Shown here piece after piece: positions 1 through 10,050 of a stretch of DNA of 55,388 nt (the first letter of the stretch is position 1; the number at the start of each line of letters is the position of its first letter). This DNA is from a virus (taxonomy: Duplodnaviria > Caudoviricetes), in the IMG/VR virus record IMGVR_UViG_3300032893_000060, positions 1-55,388 of that record, one strand, 5' to 3'. A program made the position numbers and the translations under genes. The notes beneath the pieces are model-generated. The model did not search any database. It saw only the letters and a list, made by a program, of their open reading frames with translations, and was not told where the DNA came from.

Positions 1-127
1 TGTCCACATATCCCCGAATCAGACTATCGGCGAACTATAAGGAATACTCCAGGCGGCGAAAACAGTTCAGTTATTAAGTCTCAGTTCTTCGCCGAATTTG
101 GCACTACTGGTGAAATGGTAGTGATTC
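1..127. repeat. Terminal direct repeat (copy 1), assembly overlap of a circular contig
   Basis: 1-127 is identical to 55262-55388 (TGTCCACATATCCCCG...GGTAGTGATTC); TerL reads in frame across the join. Confidence 0.95.
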
Positions 128-927
128 CATCTATATATGTGTGGCGCGCTAGCAAAAGGACTGAAAAAGATTGGGTTCCAGAGCCGCATAATCGTGGTGG
201 ATTAGATCTTAGCGATGGTGGTGATGAGACTGTGTTGGTTGTGAGAAATGGGAATAGGATATTGAAGTTGATTCCATTCCGCTTTGATAATAGCGAAGAT
301 ACTATAGCATTTCTAAATGAAGCTTTCAAAGATAATGGACTTGTTCACAGAGACGCTCTCATCTACGCGGATTGTGGCGGCATCGGCAAACCAATGCTCG
401 ATAGAATGCGTAGACAAGGATGGAGTAATATACGATATTGTGATAATAGAGCGAAAACCTCTAGACCAAAGACTTACCGAAATTGGGGGGCGCAGTCTTG
501 GTTTCACTTCGCCGACTGTATCAAAACTGATCCGATAATTATTCCAGACGACGTCTCATTGATAAAGCAGCTTTCCACTAGATACTATAAGATAATGGAT
601 GGTGCTATCCACCAGCTGTTGAGTAAGATTGAGATGAGGTCTCGTGGATACCATTCGCCAGACAGAGCTGATGCAGTAGTGCTTGCGTTCACAGACTATA
701 AACAGTCGTACGTTTCAGAATATGACAAAGACGAACGAAAGCCTACTCTAGAGGGTGAAGAACCAAAGCCAGAAAAGGTGAGAACATTTGACCTCCGATC
801 CTGGGCTAGAGGATCATCAATGGATTATAATCGAGTATTTACAGTCAATGCAGGTCAGAAGGACTGGAGCGAGATTCAGGATCAACTTAATGAACTAAAC
901 AAACAAGTACTAATGAACAAAGGATAG
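1..927 (+). CDS. terL: Terminase large subunit, C-terminal nuclease part (continues from 54320)
   Basis: Frame open from base 1; RNase H-like motifs GLDLSDGGDETV, ADCGGIG and SPDRADAVVLAF. Confidence 0.9.
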   Translation, partial: CPHIPESDYRRTIRNTPGGENSSVIKSQFFAEFGTTGEMVVIPSIYVWRASKRTEKDWVPEPHNRGGLDLSDGGDETVLVVRNGNRILKLIPFRFDNSEDTIAFLNEAFKDNGLVHRDALIYADCGGIGKPMLDRMRRQGWSNIRYCDNRAKTSRPKTYRNWGAQSWFHFADCIKTDPIIIPDDVSLIKQLSTRYYKIMDGAIHQLLSKIEMRSRGYHSPDRADAVVLAFTDYKQSYVSEYDKDERKPTLEGEEPKPEKVRTFDLRSWARGSSMDYNRVFTVNAGQKDWSEIQDQLNELNKQVLMNKG

Positions 928-933
928 AACATT

Positions 934-1149
934 ATGGCAGAACAAACACCTTGCCCGCGATGCGGGTATGTAGAAGGAAAGTCGGTCGCTCCAATGAGTA
1001 ATCATATGAATGAGTATGTCGATGAAAAGACAGGTAAATCGTATGGTGTGCTTAATAGCAATGACGACAAAGTGACAGTTGGTACTCAGTCACTGGTAAA
1101 AAAGGCTCTCTACAAAGCTCCAACTCCTGTTGTCCCTCCCAAGAAGTAA
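934..1149 (+). CDS. Hypothetical protein with N-terminal CPRC
   Basis: 71-aa ORF tightly packed in the late operon. Confidence 0.6.
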   Translation: MAEQTPCPRCGYVEGKSVAPMSNHMNEYVDEKTGKSYGVLNSNDDKVTVGTQSLVKKALYKAPTPVVPPKK

Positions 1150-1205
1150 GTGCACAACTCGGTCCTACAGCGGGCCTAAATATTCTGTAGGAGGCTTTTA
1201 ATATT

Positions 1206-1484
1206 ATGAAAGAAAAGAACGAGACAGTCAAAGACGAGCAAGCTGAATCACCTGCTAAGCAAGAGGAAGAAGCGGCTTCCGGTAATGAAGGTGTTATCCT
1301 TCCTGAACAGTTCCAACGTGAAGCTCATGCGTTAGTGCAGAAAGCTACCACAAAGCATCATACTGGACATATCAGACGTCTGGTGGATGACAAGGAGAGC
1401 GAGCACCGAAAAGCTGAGATGGCTAAAGAGAGTAAAGGCAAGGACAAAGTGCCTCAAGCATATAGCACAGAAGGAATGCCATGA
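1206..1484 (+). CDS. Hypothetical charged protein
   Basis: 92-aa ORF; stop overlaps next start (ATGA). Confidence 0.6.
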   Translation: MKEKNETVKDEQAESPAKQEEEAASGNEGVILPEQFQREAHALVQKATTKHHTGHIRRLVDDKESEHRKAEMAKESKGKDKVPQAYSTEGMP

Positions 1485-1633
1485 TTCGTAAGACAGTAGG
1501 TGGCTTTCAAGTAGTGTCAGAACATCTAGATAAGCACGGCCACCGTAAAAATCTAGGTAAGAGCAAGACAAAAGCCGGTGCAGTAAAACGGCTTAGACAG
1601 GTGGAATACTTCAAGCATCATCCAAGAGGATAG
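1481..1633 (+). CDS. Small basic phage protein (50 aa, not in ORF track)
   Basis: MIRKTVGGFQVVSEH...KNLGKSKTKAGAVKRLRQVEYFKHHPRG; ATGA-coupled and fills the gap before the portal. Confidence 0.65.
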   Translation: MIRKTVGGFQVVSEHLDKHGHRKNLGKSKTKAGAVKRLRQVEYFKHHPRG

Positions 1634-1637
1634 CACT

Positions 1638-3500
1638 ATGCTTGACCGACTGAGCACTGATTATATCAACTCTACCGACTATAAAAAGTTGGAAGACAAG
1701 TTGAAGAACTTAAAAACTCTATTGGATGACCTCACGAATAAATCTGAAGAATCACGAAAGTTGCGGTATGCAGAAGTCGATATTGAAGCAGAGCGTGAAG
1801 CTGGACGATTGCAGCCAGACGAATTGTATATTCCACAACACATCTGTGATACCAACATCCGTCGTGAGCAGTCACCTTATGTTCAATACATTACTCAGTC
1901 ACCAAGAGCAGTGATACTTAAGGACGTTACTGATCCAACATTTGATTTATCAATTCTTGAAAATGACCTTACTAGCAAGTTACGATACGACGGCTGGCAA
2001 TTACCCATGTTCGCCAATATCGACGGATTCCAGGCTAATGGATATGGTATCATGGAAATTGTCATGGATCAAAGTAACCCAGGAGAACTCGCAACTGAGT
2101 TTGTCCAATTCGGAGACTTCGCTTTTACGAGTGACACACGAGACATTCAAGCTGTTGAAATTACGGCGAGAATGTATTACTTTACTCGGACTAAGTTACT
2201 AGCTCTTTGTGGCGATCCATTAGATACTGACAATCCAGACAATTTTGTTAGAGTTCAAGTTGAGAAGGTCATTTCTAAAGATCCTGAGACCAATGCTTCA
2301 ATTGAGTCAGCCGATATAAAAGACAAGTCACTCTATAAGATTGTCAAGTTCATGTTTAGAGTGAATGGAGTGGTGCACGTTGGTTGGGGCTGTCCCGAGG
2401 TATGCGATGATTGGCTTCGGCTTCCACGTCCACTATTCATTGGCAGGAAGAAGCCAGGTCAACCAACTCAAACGGCTAATTCAATGGGACCAGGAATGGT
2501 GCTTGGGCAAGGTCAGCCAATGATGCCACAGATGCCTCCACCACCTGAAAATGATTATGAGAAGAACTTTCCATATATTCTGTTTCCATATCTCATTAGT
2601 GAGAATGATACTATTTCACAACTTAAGGGACGTGTCTTTCTTGACCAGGATTTGCAGGAGGCTGTTTCTAGTCTTATATCTTCTACCTGCACTCAGGCGC
2701 GTCGTGCTAGTGGAATGTACTTCTCGAAAGATGTAAGTGATCCAAACGATGACTTAATGCTTCAAAAGAATATATTCTTCCGAAATGGCTGCGTTGTCAA
2801 TTCAAAGATCACTGCTTTTAAGATTGATGCACCTGATCCTGGCATGTTTAGTGCCATTAACATGCTTGTTTCAGCCAATCAGAATGAGACTTCCCAAGTC
2901 AACTTCGCTGCCACTAATCGAAAAGATAGTCGTAAGACGGCTGCCGAAGTCAATCTAGCTAAGCAAGAAGAACAAATATTGAGCACAGTACAGGTCGTTC
3001 TATTCTCAATTGCTCTTACTCAGATGTATCGGCTGATGATCGACATTATCAAGTCTAGAGTAGCAACTGGGTTGATTCAAGTGTCACCAGCACTTCAAGC
3101 AATGTATGCAAGGCGATTTGCTGTTAAGCCGTCGGGTGATGTGGATGTTATTCAGAAGAATCAGCTTATTCAAGCAATGATGCAAGCATGGGGTGTTGTG
3201 CAGAATACTGCTTGTGCTGTGCTGTTCTTGAGTGATCTACTTGAACTTATGTTTCCTGATCGTGCTGCACGATATGTTCAACTACTCCAGCAACAGCAAC
3301 AACAACAACAGAGTCAGCAAGCACAGATGATGAATCAAGGACTTATGCTTGCGAAACAGATGGCAGATAGTATTATCAGTTTGTCAAAGAAGCCCGAAAT
3401 GTTTAGTGAAACAGGTAAAATCCATGCATTACCAGCAATTGAAGCTGGCGCAGAAAAACTAGAAGGTATAATGAAACAGATGGGAGCAAAACCACAATGA
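1638..3500 (+). CDS. Portal protein (putative)
   Basis: 620 aa downstream of TerL; RKTAAEV motif and Q/M-rich helical C-terminus as in podoviral portals. Confidence 0.75.
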   Translation: MLDRLSTDYINSTDYKKLEDKLKNLKTLLDDLTNKSEESRKLRYAEVDIEAEREAGRLQPDELYIPQHICDTNIRREQSPYVQYITQSPRAVILKDVTDPTFDLSILENDLTSKLRYDGWQLPMFANIDGFQANGYGIMEIVMDQSNPGELATEFVQFGDFAFTSDTRDIQAVEITARMYYFTRTKLLALCGDPLDTDNPDNFVRVQVEKVISKDPETNASIESADIKDKSLYKIVKFMFRVNGVVHVGWGCPEVCDDWLRLPRPLFIGRKKPGQPTQTANSMGPGMVLGQGQPMMPQMPPPPENDYEKNFPYILFPYLISENDTISQLKGRVFLDQDLQEAVSSLISSTCTQARRASGMYFSKDVSDPNDDLMLQKNIFFRNGCVVNSKITAFKIDAPDPGMFSAINMLVSANQNETSQVNFAATNRKDSRKTAAEVNLAKQEEQILSTVQVVLFSIALTQMYRLMIDIIKSRVATGLIQVSPALQAMYARRFAVKPSGDVDVIQKNQLIQAMMQAWGVVQNTACAVLFLSDLLELMFPDRAARYVQLLQQQQQQQQSQQAQMMNQGLMLAKQMADSIISLSKKPEMFSETGKIHALPAIEAGAEKLEGIMKQMGAKPQ

Positions 3501-3742
3501 GCGCACAACCACAAGATATTCTATTTGACGCATACGAACAGTGGCGTCTACACCCAATAACAGGTGAGTTCATGAAGATTCTAGAACACCACAAGCAAGC
3601 ATTTGTTGATAAGATAGCAGCTGCGGCTTCCACTGGTGATGAGATTTTACTCCGATCATCTGCCAGTGGTATTCGAGATGTTGACACTATTATCAAGTTC
3701 ATGAACAACTACGAGACTTTTAAGGCTCAAATACGAAAGTAA
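3497..3742 (+). CDS. Small helical protein between portal and scaffold
   Basis: 81 aa, ATGA-coupled, typical podoviral head-module position. Confidence 0.65.
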   Translation: MSAQPQDILFDAYEQWRLHPITGEFMKILEHHKQAFVDKIAAAASTGDEILLRSSASGIRDVDTIIKFMNNYETFKAQIRK

Positions 3743-3748
3743 ATCATT

Positions 3749-4954
3749 ATGGCCTACGAACCGACATTCACACCACCGAAAACAGTTAATCCGCCGTCAA
3801 TTACTCCACAAGTATCTCATGAACCACCGCCTGAAATCGCGAAGATGGAGTTCAAGTTGGACCCAACTATCAGCACTGAAAGTGATCCAACACGCGTTAC
3901 AGTAGAAGATAAGAGTGGAATTAGCAAACCAGTTGAAACGGCGAAACCAGTCGAACAGGCTGAAGAAAAGAAAGAAACTCCTGAGCGTGGGCCAGATGGT
4001 AAGTTTCTTCCAAAAGAGAAGAAGGAAGAAGTAGTTGAAGAGAAGAAGGAAGAGCCAAATGCCATCCTCAAACCTCCAGCAAGCGAAAAAAAGGAAGCCG
4101 CAAAAGGTGAAGAGAAAGTAAAGCTCTTTGTTCCACCTGGGAAAGAGGAGAAGAAAGCTCGTGACTATTCTGGATTTACACCAGAAGAACAGACTCATCT
4201 CAAACAGATGAGCAATGAGGCATTTACTTTTACTTCAAATCTCATTAAACAGCTAGCGTCGCTCAAAGATGCTTCATTTCTACAGCATCCAGATGCATAT
4301 ACACTGTCACCTGAATATCGCGAGACACAAACAGCAATTCAGTTTGCTGTAAAGGAGGGCAATTATTGGCGTGATGCATTGGCGAATGTGAAGAAAGGTG
4401 AAGCTATTACGCCTATTACTGGATGGGATGATAAGGGAAATCCTGTGTTGGGTGCTGAAATACAGCCCAATGAACAGGTGGAGGAAGCTGTTAGAGCCGC
4501 AATGCAGAATTGTTTTGCTGTTGCGCAACAGAAGCAGGGTTCATTGAATCAGGTTCAAAAGACATTTCAAGATCGTGTTAAGAGCGATCTCCAGATGATT
4601 CAGTCTGAACGCGCTCGCCGATTTGGATGGGTCTCTGATCCAAAGATTCTAGACTATACAATACAGGTTGATGGTATTGGCGAAATGACTGTTGGTCAAA
4701 TAAGGAACTCATTCATTGATCTGTTTCCACCATATCTCCGAAACAATCCTGGCACTGAAACAGCCGCAGACCTGTTCGTAGCATTACGCATTCAAGCGGC
4801 TGAGTTGGCCCAAGCACTTAATGGGAAACAGACAGAGGCGATTAAGAAAGAGGAAGTTGCAAGGGCCGAGCCATCAAGTGAAACAAAACCAGCTAAACAA
4901 GTTGAGCCGGTCGGGAAGGTTAGAGAATTTTCATTGGCTGGACTTCCATCATGA
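3749..4954 (+). CDS. Capsid scaffolding protein (putative)
   Basis: E/K/P-rich N-half with RGPDGKF, helical C-half, upstream of major capsid. Confidence 0.65.
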   Translation: MAYEPTFTPPKTVNPPSITPQVSHEPPPEIAKMEFKLDPTISTESDPTRVTVEDKSGISKPVETAKPVEQAEEKKETPERGPDGKFLPKEKKEEVVEEKKEEPNAILKPPASEKKEAAKGEEKVKLFVPPGKEEKKARDYSGFTPEEQTHLKQMSNEAFTFTSNLIKQLASLKDASFLQHPDAYTLSPEYRETQTAIQFAVKEGNYWRDALANVKKGEAITPITGWDDKGNPVLGAEIQPNEQVEEAVRAAMQNCFAVAQQKQGSLNQVQKTFQDRVKSDLQMIQSERARRFGWVSDPKILDYTIQVDGIGEMTVGQIRNSFIDLFPPYLRNNPGTETAADLFVALRIQAAELAQALNGKQTEAIKKEEVARAEPSSETKPAKQVEPVGKVREFSLAGLPS

Positions 4955-5433
4955 AGATGTTACCACCTTCTAAACGAGATATTATCTGGTTTCATACTCG
5001 ATATGATCGAGGAACTGAAGAGGAATGTTGGAATTGGAAGTTTGGTAGATTTGATAAACGTTATGGGCAGTACTGTTATAATAATTATCCGGTACTAGCC
5101 CATAGATTTGCCTATTTATTAGTTCATCCAGACTTTGACCAGTCGTTGTGTGTTTGTCATAGATGTGATAATCCTTTGTGTGTTAACCCTAGCCATTTAT
5201 TTTTAGGTACTAGCCAAGAGAATACAGCAGACAAAGTAACTAAAGGTAGGTGTGCTATAGGTGAGTTTAACGGTGCTTCTATTATTACAGAAGATATTGT
5301 AAAAGAGATACGAGCCAAACACTTGACTGGTCAATATTCACAAAGAAGACTCGCTAGAATTTTTAAGATAAGCCAAGCATCTATATGGGGTATTGTAAAC
5401 AATAGGTATTGGACACACGTTACTTTGCAATAA
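4951..5433 (+). CDS. Free-standing HNH homing endonuclease
   Basis: CWNW, AHRFAY, VCHRCDNPLCVNPSHLFLGTSQEN plus C-terminal HTH-like segment. Confidence 0.9.
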   Translation: MKMLPPSKRDIIWFHTRYDRGTEEECWNWKFGRFDKRYGQYCYNNYPVLAHRFAYLLVHPDFDQSLCVCHRCDNPLCVNPSHLFLGTSQENTADKVTKGRCAIGEFNGASIITEDIVKEIRAKHLTGQYSQRRLARIFKISQASIWGIVNNRYWTHVTLQ

Positions 5434-5435
5434 AC

Positions 5436-5452
5436 TTGGCATGAAACCTGCT
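5436..5452 (+). promoter_or_regulatory. sigma54 (-24/-12) promoter upstream of major capsid
   Basis: TTGGCATGAAACCTGCT; GG 5438-39 and GC 5450-51 at canonical spacing; intergenic. Confidence 0.8.
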
Positions 5453-5594
5453 ATCAATTAGTTGCTTCTACGACAAGGGCATGTCACTCTGAGCTACTTT
5501 AGCACAAGGGCATGTGAAGGAGATTGGCCTACGGTTTCCAATCATTCACATTAACAATTTGTGCTACTTTGTAGCCTAAGAGAAAGACAGTTAA

Positions 5595-6905
5595 ATGCCG
5601 TCATACTATGACGCTCCAAGCGTCTTTGGAAACGCGGTTGTGGAAGACGTCAACCGCTTTAATCAACTTCCTTTCTATCTTGTTCACAACGAGGTTAAGC
5701 AATTTCCTATCTGGAATGAGTTTGATCAAGCATACGGAAAGATCGACTGGGAGACTAATCAAGGTAACATCATGCGTGGTGTTACCCCTCAACGTTCGCC
5801 AGTCGGTCGAGCATTCTTCTTCCCTAATGCGGTAACGCAGGTAGCTAAGAAGGATATCTACCAAGTCACTGAAAGCAAGGAAGAGGCGGCTGTGATGGTT
5901 CATAAGTATGAATCATTCCAGTTTAACTTCATGCCTTCTTTCACGGCTTTCTGGGAAACATACCTTCAATTCGCTAACAAGGACATTGTTGAGAAGATCA
6001 GTATTTCCAACAATCAGTTTATCGAGACAAACATGTGGTTTAATGCCATCAATGTTTATCTCTGTGGCACTGGACTTGTTGGTGGTGCTCCAACAGTAAT
6101 GGGTAATAGTGCTGGTAATGCGGCTGGATCTAAGACGGCTGCATGGCTGGTTGCACTCACTACTGGTGCTCAGGGCAATAATGGTGTTCTCCAGGGTCTT
6201 ACACTTCGCGATCTTTATCGTGCTGTAATGAATCTTCAGGAAGATTTAGCAGCGCCTCCGATGGAAGGTGTAAGGAATATGCCGAAGGATAACGATGGAG
6301 TTAAGGGTCATTACTGGCTCTATCTGTCGTCCGAAGCATTCATGAACTTCACGTTCGATCCAGATGTGGCTGTTTTGAAGCCTCTGAACTTGGACTTGCT
6401 GTTTAATGACTTCAAGGGTTCGCTCTTTGGCACTACTGTTTGTAAGATCAAGAAGTATCCTATCCGCTTCAACATTGTTGATATTAAGGATGCGAATGGC
6501 AATACTCTTTGGGCTGCTGGAATGCCAATAGATCCTGAAATCTTCGATCCGACAGACAATAAGTGGAAGCCGAATCCGTATTGGACTAACCTCACTAGCG
6601 CGCCGTTTGAAATTGCGTGGCTCTGTGGTGAGTCTTATGCGAGAACGATTAAGGTTGGACCTCCGCCCAAGGAGTTCGCAACCACGAACATGTCAGCACA
6701 GAAGTTCTATTCGATGAAGTGGAACGGTGAAGTGCGGCTAACAGATCAAGTGTTGATCACTAATCCTGATGGCACTACTGAATTGAACGTCTATGGTGAA
6801 AACCTGAAGTTCATCAGCAAGCTCACTCATGGTTATCTAGTAGGGGAACGTCGTAATGCGTTTCCGATCTTGCTTCGTAGGAGCCGTCCTGCTGTTCAAC
6901 ACTAA
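5595..6905 (+). CDS. Major capsid protein (putative)
   Basis: 436 aa after scaffold, own promoter and structured leader. Confidence 0.7.
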   Translation: MPSYYDAPSVFGNAVVEDVNRFNQLPFYLVHNEVKQFPIWNEFDQAYGKIDWETNQGNIMRGVTPQRSPVGRAFFFPNAVTQVAKKDIYQVTESKEEAAVMVHKYESFQFNFMPSFTAFWETYLQFANKDIVEKISISNNQFIETNMWFNAINVYLCGTGLVGGAPTVMGNSAGNAAGSKTAAWLVALTTGAQGNNGVLQGLTLRDLYRAVMNLQEDLAAPPMEGVRNMPKDNDGVKGHYWLYLSSEAFMNFTFDPDVAVLKPLNLDLLFNDFKGSLFGTTVCKIKKYPIRFNIVDIKDANGNTLWAAGMPIDPEIFDPTDNKWKPNPYWTNLTSAPFEIAWLCGESYARTIKVGPPPKEFATTNMSAQKFYSMKWNGEVRLTDQVLITNPDGTTELNVYGENLKFISKLTHGYLVGERRNAFPILLRRSRPAVQH

Positions 6906-6923
6906 TAGAAAGGATCTAATAAT

Positions 6924-7463
6924 ATGCGTAAGCTTATTTCAATTGGTGTCAGTCTCTTTGCTGGCTTTACAATGTATGCTGGAGTTCTGACATATAGCAC
7001 TAATCTTGCTGCTGCGGCTAAGTGTAACGTTCCTAACCTTAATGGTGGTGGCGTTATATCTTATGTACTTCTGTCAGCGGATACAACTAATGCTGGTTCA
7101 TGCCTTGTGTATGATTCACCTGGCAATTGGATCACGCAGACAAATAGTGGATATTCGTATAATACATATGGTGTTGTAAATACTAACGGTATGTATAGTC
7201 CTACGACTGGTACTGTTGTATACACATACACTAACTATTATGGCGTTACCTATAACGGGACTAACTACATGGGTAATGAGTTGACTGTTACAAGCAACTA
7301 TGTTGCAGGTTCAACTAATGTCCTGACTCCTATGTTGACTCTTGCAACAGCTACGAATACGTCAACAACCTTCATGGGCATCAACAGAACATTTCGGTCT
7401 GGTATTTGTGTGACGAATACTGGTTCCGGAACTATTGGATTGACATTCGGGATCATCCAGTAG
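6924..7463 (+). CDS. Exported TN-rich protein co-transcribed with capsid (decoration-protein position)
   Basis: MRK + hydrophobic core (MRKLISIGVSLFAGFTMYA); 9 TN dipeptides in 179 aa. Confidence 0.7.
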   Translation: MRKLISIGVSLFAGFTMYAGVLTYSTNLAAAAKCNVPNLNGGGVISYVLLSADTTNAGSCLVYDSPGNWITQTNSGYSYNTYGVVNTNGMYSPTTGTVVYTYTNYYGVTYNGTNYMGNELTVTSNYVAGSTNVLTPMLTLATATNTSTTFMGINRTFRSGICVTNTGSGTIGLTFGIIQ

Positions 7464-7481
7464 ATGCGTTAGGGTAGTTTG

Positions 7482-7520
7482 GGCAGCAGGTAGTTCATTG
7501 GTTTCTACCTGCTGCCTTTT
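7482..7520 (+). terminator. Rho-independent terminator
   Basis: GGCAGCAGGTAG / CTACCTGCTGCC 12-bp stem followed by TTTT. Confidence 0.75.
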
Positions 7521-7534
7521 CCTAGAAAGGAAAT

Positions 7535-7864
7535 ATGATTTTTGATTCGATTGAACGAACTGTAGTAGACACTGGAATTGCTGCACAGACTGTTCCTGAT
7601 AGTGAATCCACTTTAATTATTCCAGATACTAACTCAATGCCAGACGATATCGTCTCTATTGAGCTTTTCAATGCTGGTGATAATAAAGCATATATGGCGT
7701 ATGGCCGTGCTGCTGATAGTGACAAGAATTTTAATGCTTTTCTCTTTCCAGGTGCTGCACTTAATGTAAAGACTAGAATGGCTGTATATTGCTACAGCCC
7801 AGGTGGAACACAAATTGGAATCACTGTTCTTCGCCGCAATAAGGCACTGACTAGCGCACAATGA
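7535..7864 (+). CDS. Small beta-rich virion protein (putative)
   Basis: 109 aa, structural operon, no signal peptide. Confidence 0.6.
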   Translation: MIFDSIERTVVDTGIAAQTVPDSESTLIIPDTNSMPDDIVSIELFNAGDNKAYMAYGRAADSDKNFNAFLFPGAALNVKTRMAVYCYSPGGTQIGITVLRRNKALTSAQ

Positions 7865-10050
7865 AAAAGTTACTGTTTCTCTTATTTGGGCTGCCTACTC
7901 TACTGCTAGCACAAGTAGAGAATCCAGTATTTCCACCGGCGAGTTTGAATGATTTATTGTATGGGTCCAATAAGTATTCGTTTGTTAGCCCATATACATT
8001 AAGTCATTATATCCACAGCACCAATCAAACTACATATACTAATTATACTTCAGTTACACAAACTAATGTCATCATTACAAATTTAGTCAATGGACAAACT
8101 ACATCAAATTTAACAGTTCTTGGATCGTTTACAGCTACTGTTTTGCCTGGATCTGTACAAAATCCACCGTGGCTGAATACAAACGGTCTGCCTCAGTCTG
8201 TTGGTGGCGATGTTAAATTCTTTGGAGATGTTACGATAGATAACGACGCCGAATTTGATATTAATGGTGTTAGCTATCTTAATTATTTATCATCATATGT
8301 CCAGGACCAAGGTTCTTTTCTCTATATGGACTCGGGTGGAGCACTAAATGCCTCTACTAACCCAACTTTTGGTGCTTTCACGGCATGGTGGCCGACGCGA
8401 AACACCGGAGGCGGCGGATCAGCAACCAATGCCATTGCGAACGCGAACGGCAGCGGAACCAACACGAGCTTTTACGATGCGTCCGCAACGACGAGCTTTC
8501 TGCTGGTCACCAACGAGGCGGAAATCGGCGGACCGACAAACTGGCTTGAACTGGGATTCGTGGTGGACGCTGCGAACATCGGCAACTTCCGTTGGATGAA
8601 CTCAGACAATCCTCTGGGTTACTTCTTCAACATGCAGTATTGGCCGCATCATGGAAACTCGATAGACCTGAACTGTCCTGAGATGGTGTTCGATGCGGCG
8701 GCGGGCAACGAGTGCCATTACTTTGAGAGCATCCAGTGGGGCTATCCAAGCTCATCCGTAACTCCCTACGAGTGGTGGTCTAACGGAAATACCCCATATG
8801 TGAAGGGCGGAGTGACTAACTGGAACGTGCGGGATTCTCAGGGATTATGGCAGTGGCGGCTCTTGATGACGACTAATAACTGGGCTAACTCATTCTACGC
8901 CGGGTCGGGCAGCACCAGCGACCATACTCAGCCGTCATTCTTGGCCCGGGCTGATGATGACAACAGCGGGGCTGCGCTGCTTGAGTGGTATGCGTCATTC
9001 GATAATACGCCGGTCGGCACCGGAACCAACATGCACCGGAATTACGATACGGCCAGATTGGGGATGCAGCTTAAACTGCCGCTTGGGACGAACTTACCAA
9101 CACTTACGATTCCAGGAACAGTCAATGCAACAGCATTCGTTGGTGACGGGTCTGGATTAACTGGAGTGTCTGGTTCTGGCTCTGGTATCTCCACCAACGG
9201 CGGCACTGGCACGAACAACATTTTCACTAAGCCAACGATTGTTGACGGATTGTACTCCTTCTCAGGCAACGTCACCAGCACCGTGCCGGGGACGCTTACG
9301 TTGATTGGGCCGAACTACACGAACACTTCGGATGCCAATGGCAACTTCACTAGTCCTGCGAGCGCGAACTATGGTGGGACGGTGACGGCAGCGGGTGGGT
9401 TTAGTGGTCCTGGCACGAGCTTAACAGGAACGGCTGCAAGCCTGACGGCAGGACTGGTAAGCAGCATTTCGGGCAACTCGCTCACGCTCAATCAGGTTAC
9501 GAACCCGTTTAGTGCGAATCCTACTTTGCACGTAAGCATTGACGGCGTAGCAGGAGGTGTGGCGGCAAGCAATGTTACTAGTGGAGGTCAAATCCCGATT
9601 GGCACGCTGTTCGACTACACCACGAATGAAGCGGGTGGTTATCTGCTTGAGACGAGTGGAAGCCCCGCAAGCAGGCATAGGACATTCGATGCCGAGAGCT
9701 TGACCAACCTAATCAGCACCAACATCTCCAGTCGTGCTGTTTATGCCACGAACTTAACCAGCGGGGTAGTAGTAGATGCGACCATCCCCTACCAGAACTT
9801 CGCCACCAACGCTGACATGACAGTGACCGGGTTCAGCGGCTTGGTCTCGGGTTATCGGTATGTCCTGAGCGTGTTCTACCTCAACAGCGACACTGGTCCT
9901 CACGTCTGGACCGCGCCGCCTTACTGCCACTTCCCGACCAACGGTGTCTCGACCAATGTCATGACCATCCCGGCAGGACAGGAGATGGGCGTGTCCTGGG
10001 AGATCAGGCCGGGACTGCGGACGAACATGGTCAACCTTTTGATACCGTAA
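7861..10050 (+). CDS. Tail-fibre-like protein with signal peptide
   Basis: MKKLLFLLFGLPTLLLA-Q; fibre-type FVGDGSGLTGV motif; G/S/T/N rich; 26 TN dipeptides. Confidence 0.7.
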   Translation: MKKLLFLLFGLPTLLLAQVENPVFPPASLNDLLYGSNKYSFVSPYTLSHYIHSTNQTTYTNYTSVTQTNVIITNLVNGQTTSNLTVLGSFTATVLPGSVQNPPWLNTNGLPQSVGGDVKFFGDVTIDNDAEFDINGVSYLNYLSSYVQDQGSFLYMDSGGALNASTNPTFGAFTAWWPTRNTGGGGSATNAIANANGSGTNTSFYDASATTSFLLVTNEAEIGGPTNWLELGFVVDAANIGNFRWMNSDNPLGYFFNMQYWPHHGNSIDLNCPEMVFDAAAGNECHYFESIQWGYPSSSVTPYEWWSNGNTPYVKGGVTNWNVRDSQGLWQWRLLMTTNNWANSFYAGSGSTSDHTQPSFLARADDDNSGAALLEWYASFDNTPVGTGTNMHRNYDTARLGMQLKLPLGTNLPTLTIPGTVNATAFVGDGSGLTGVSGSGSGISTNGGTGTNNIFTKPTIVDGLYSFSGNVTSTVPGTLTLIGPNYTNTSDANGNFTSPASANYGGTVTAAGGFSGPGTSLTGTAASLTAGLVSSISGNSLTLNQVTNPFSANPTLHVSIDGVAGGVAASNVTSGGQIPIGTLFDYTTNEAGGYLLETSGSPASRHRTFDAESLTNLISTNISSRAVYATNLTSGVVVDATIPYQNFATNADMTVTGFSGLVSGYRYVLSVFYLNSDTGPHVWTAPPYCHFPTNGVSTNVMTIPAGQEMGVSWEIRPGLRTNMVNLLIP

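Noticed and set aside
2839-2855. CTGGCATGTTTAGTGCC as a sixth sigma54 promoter
   Set aside because: Inside the portal gene and lacks the TGCT ending shared by the five intergenic sites
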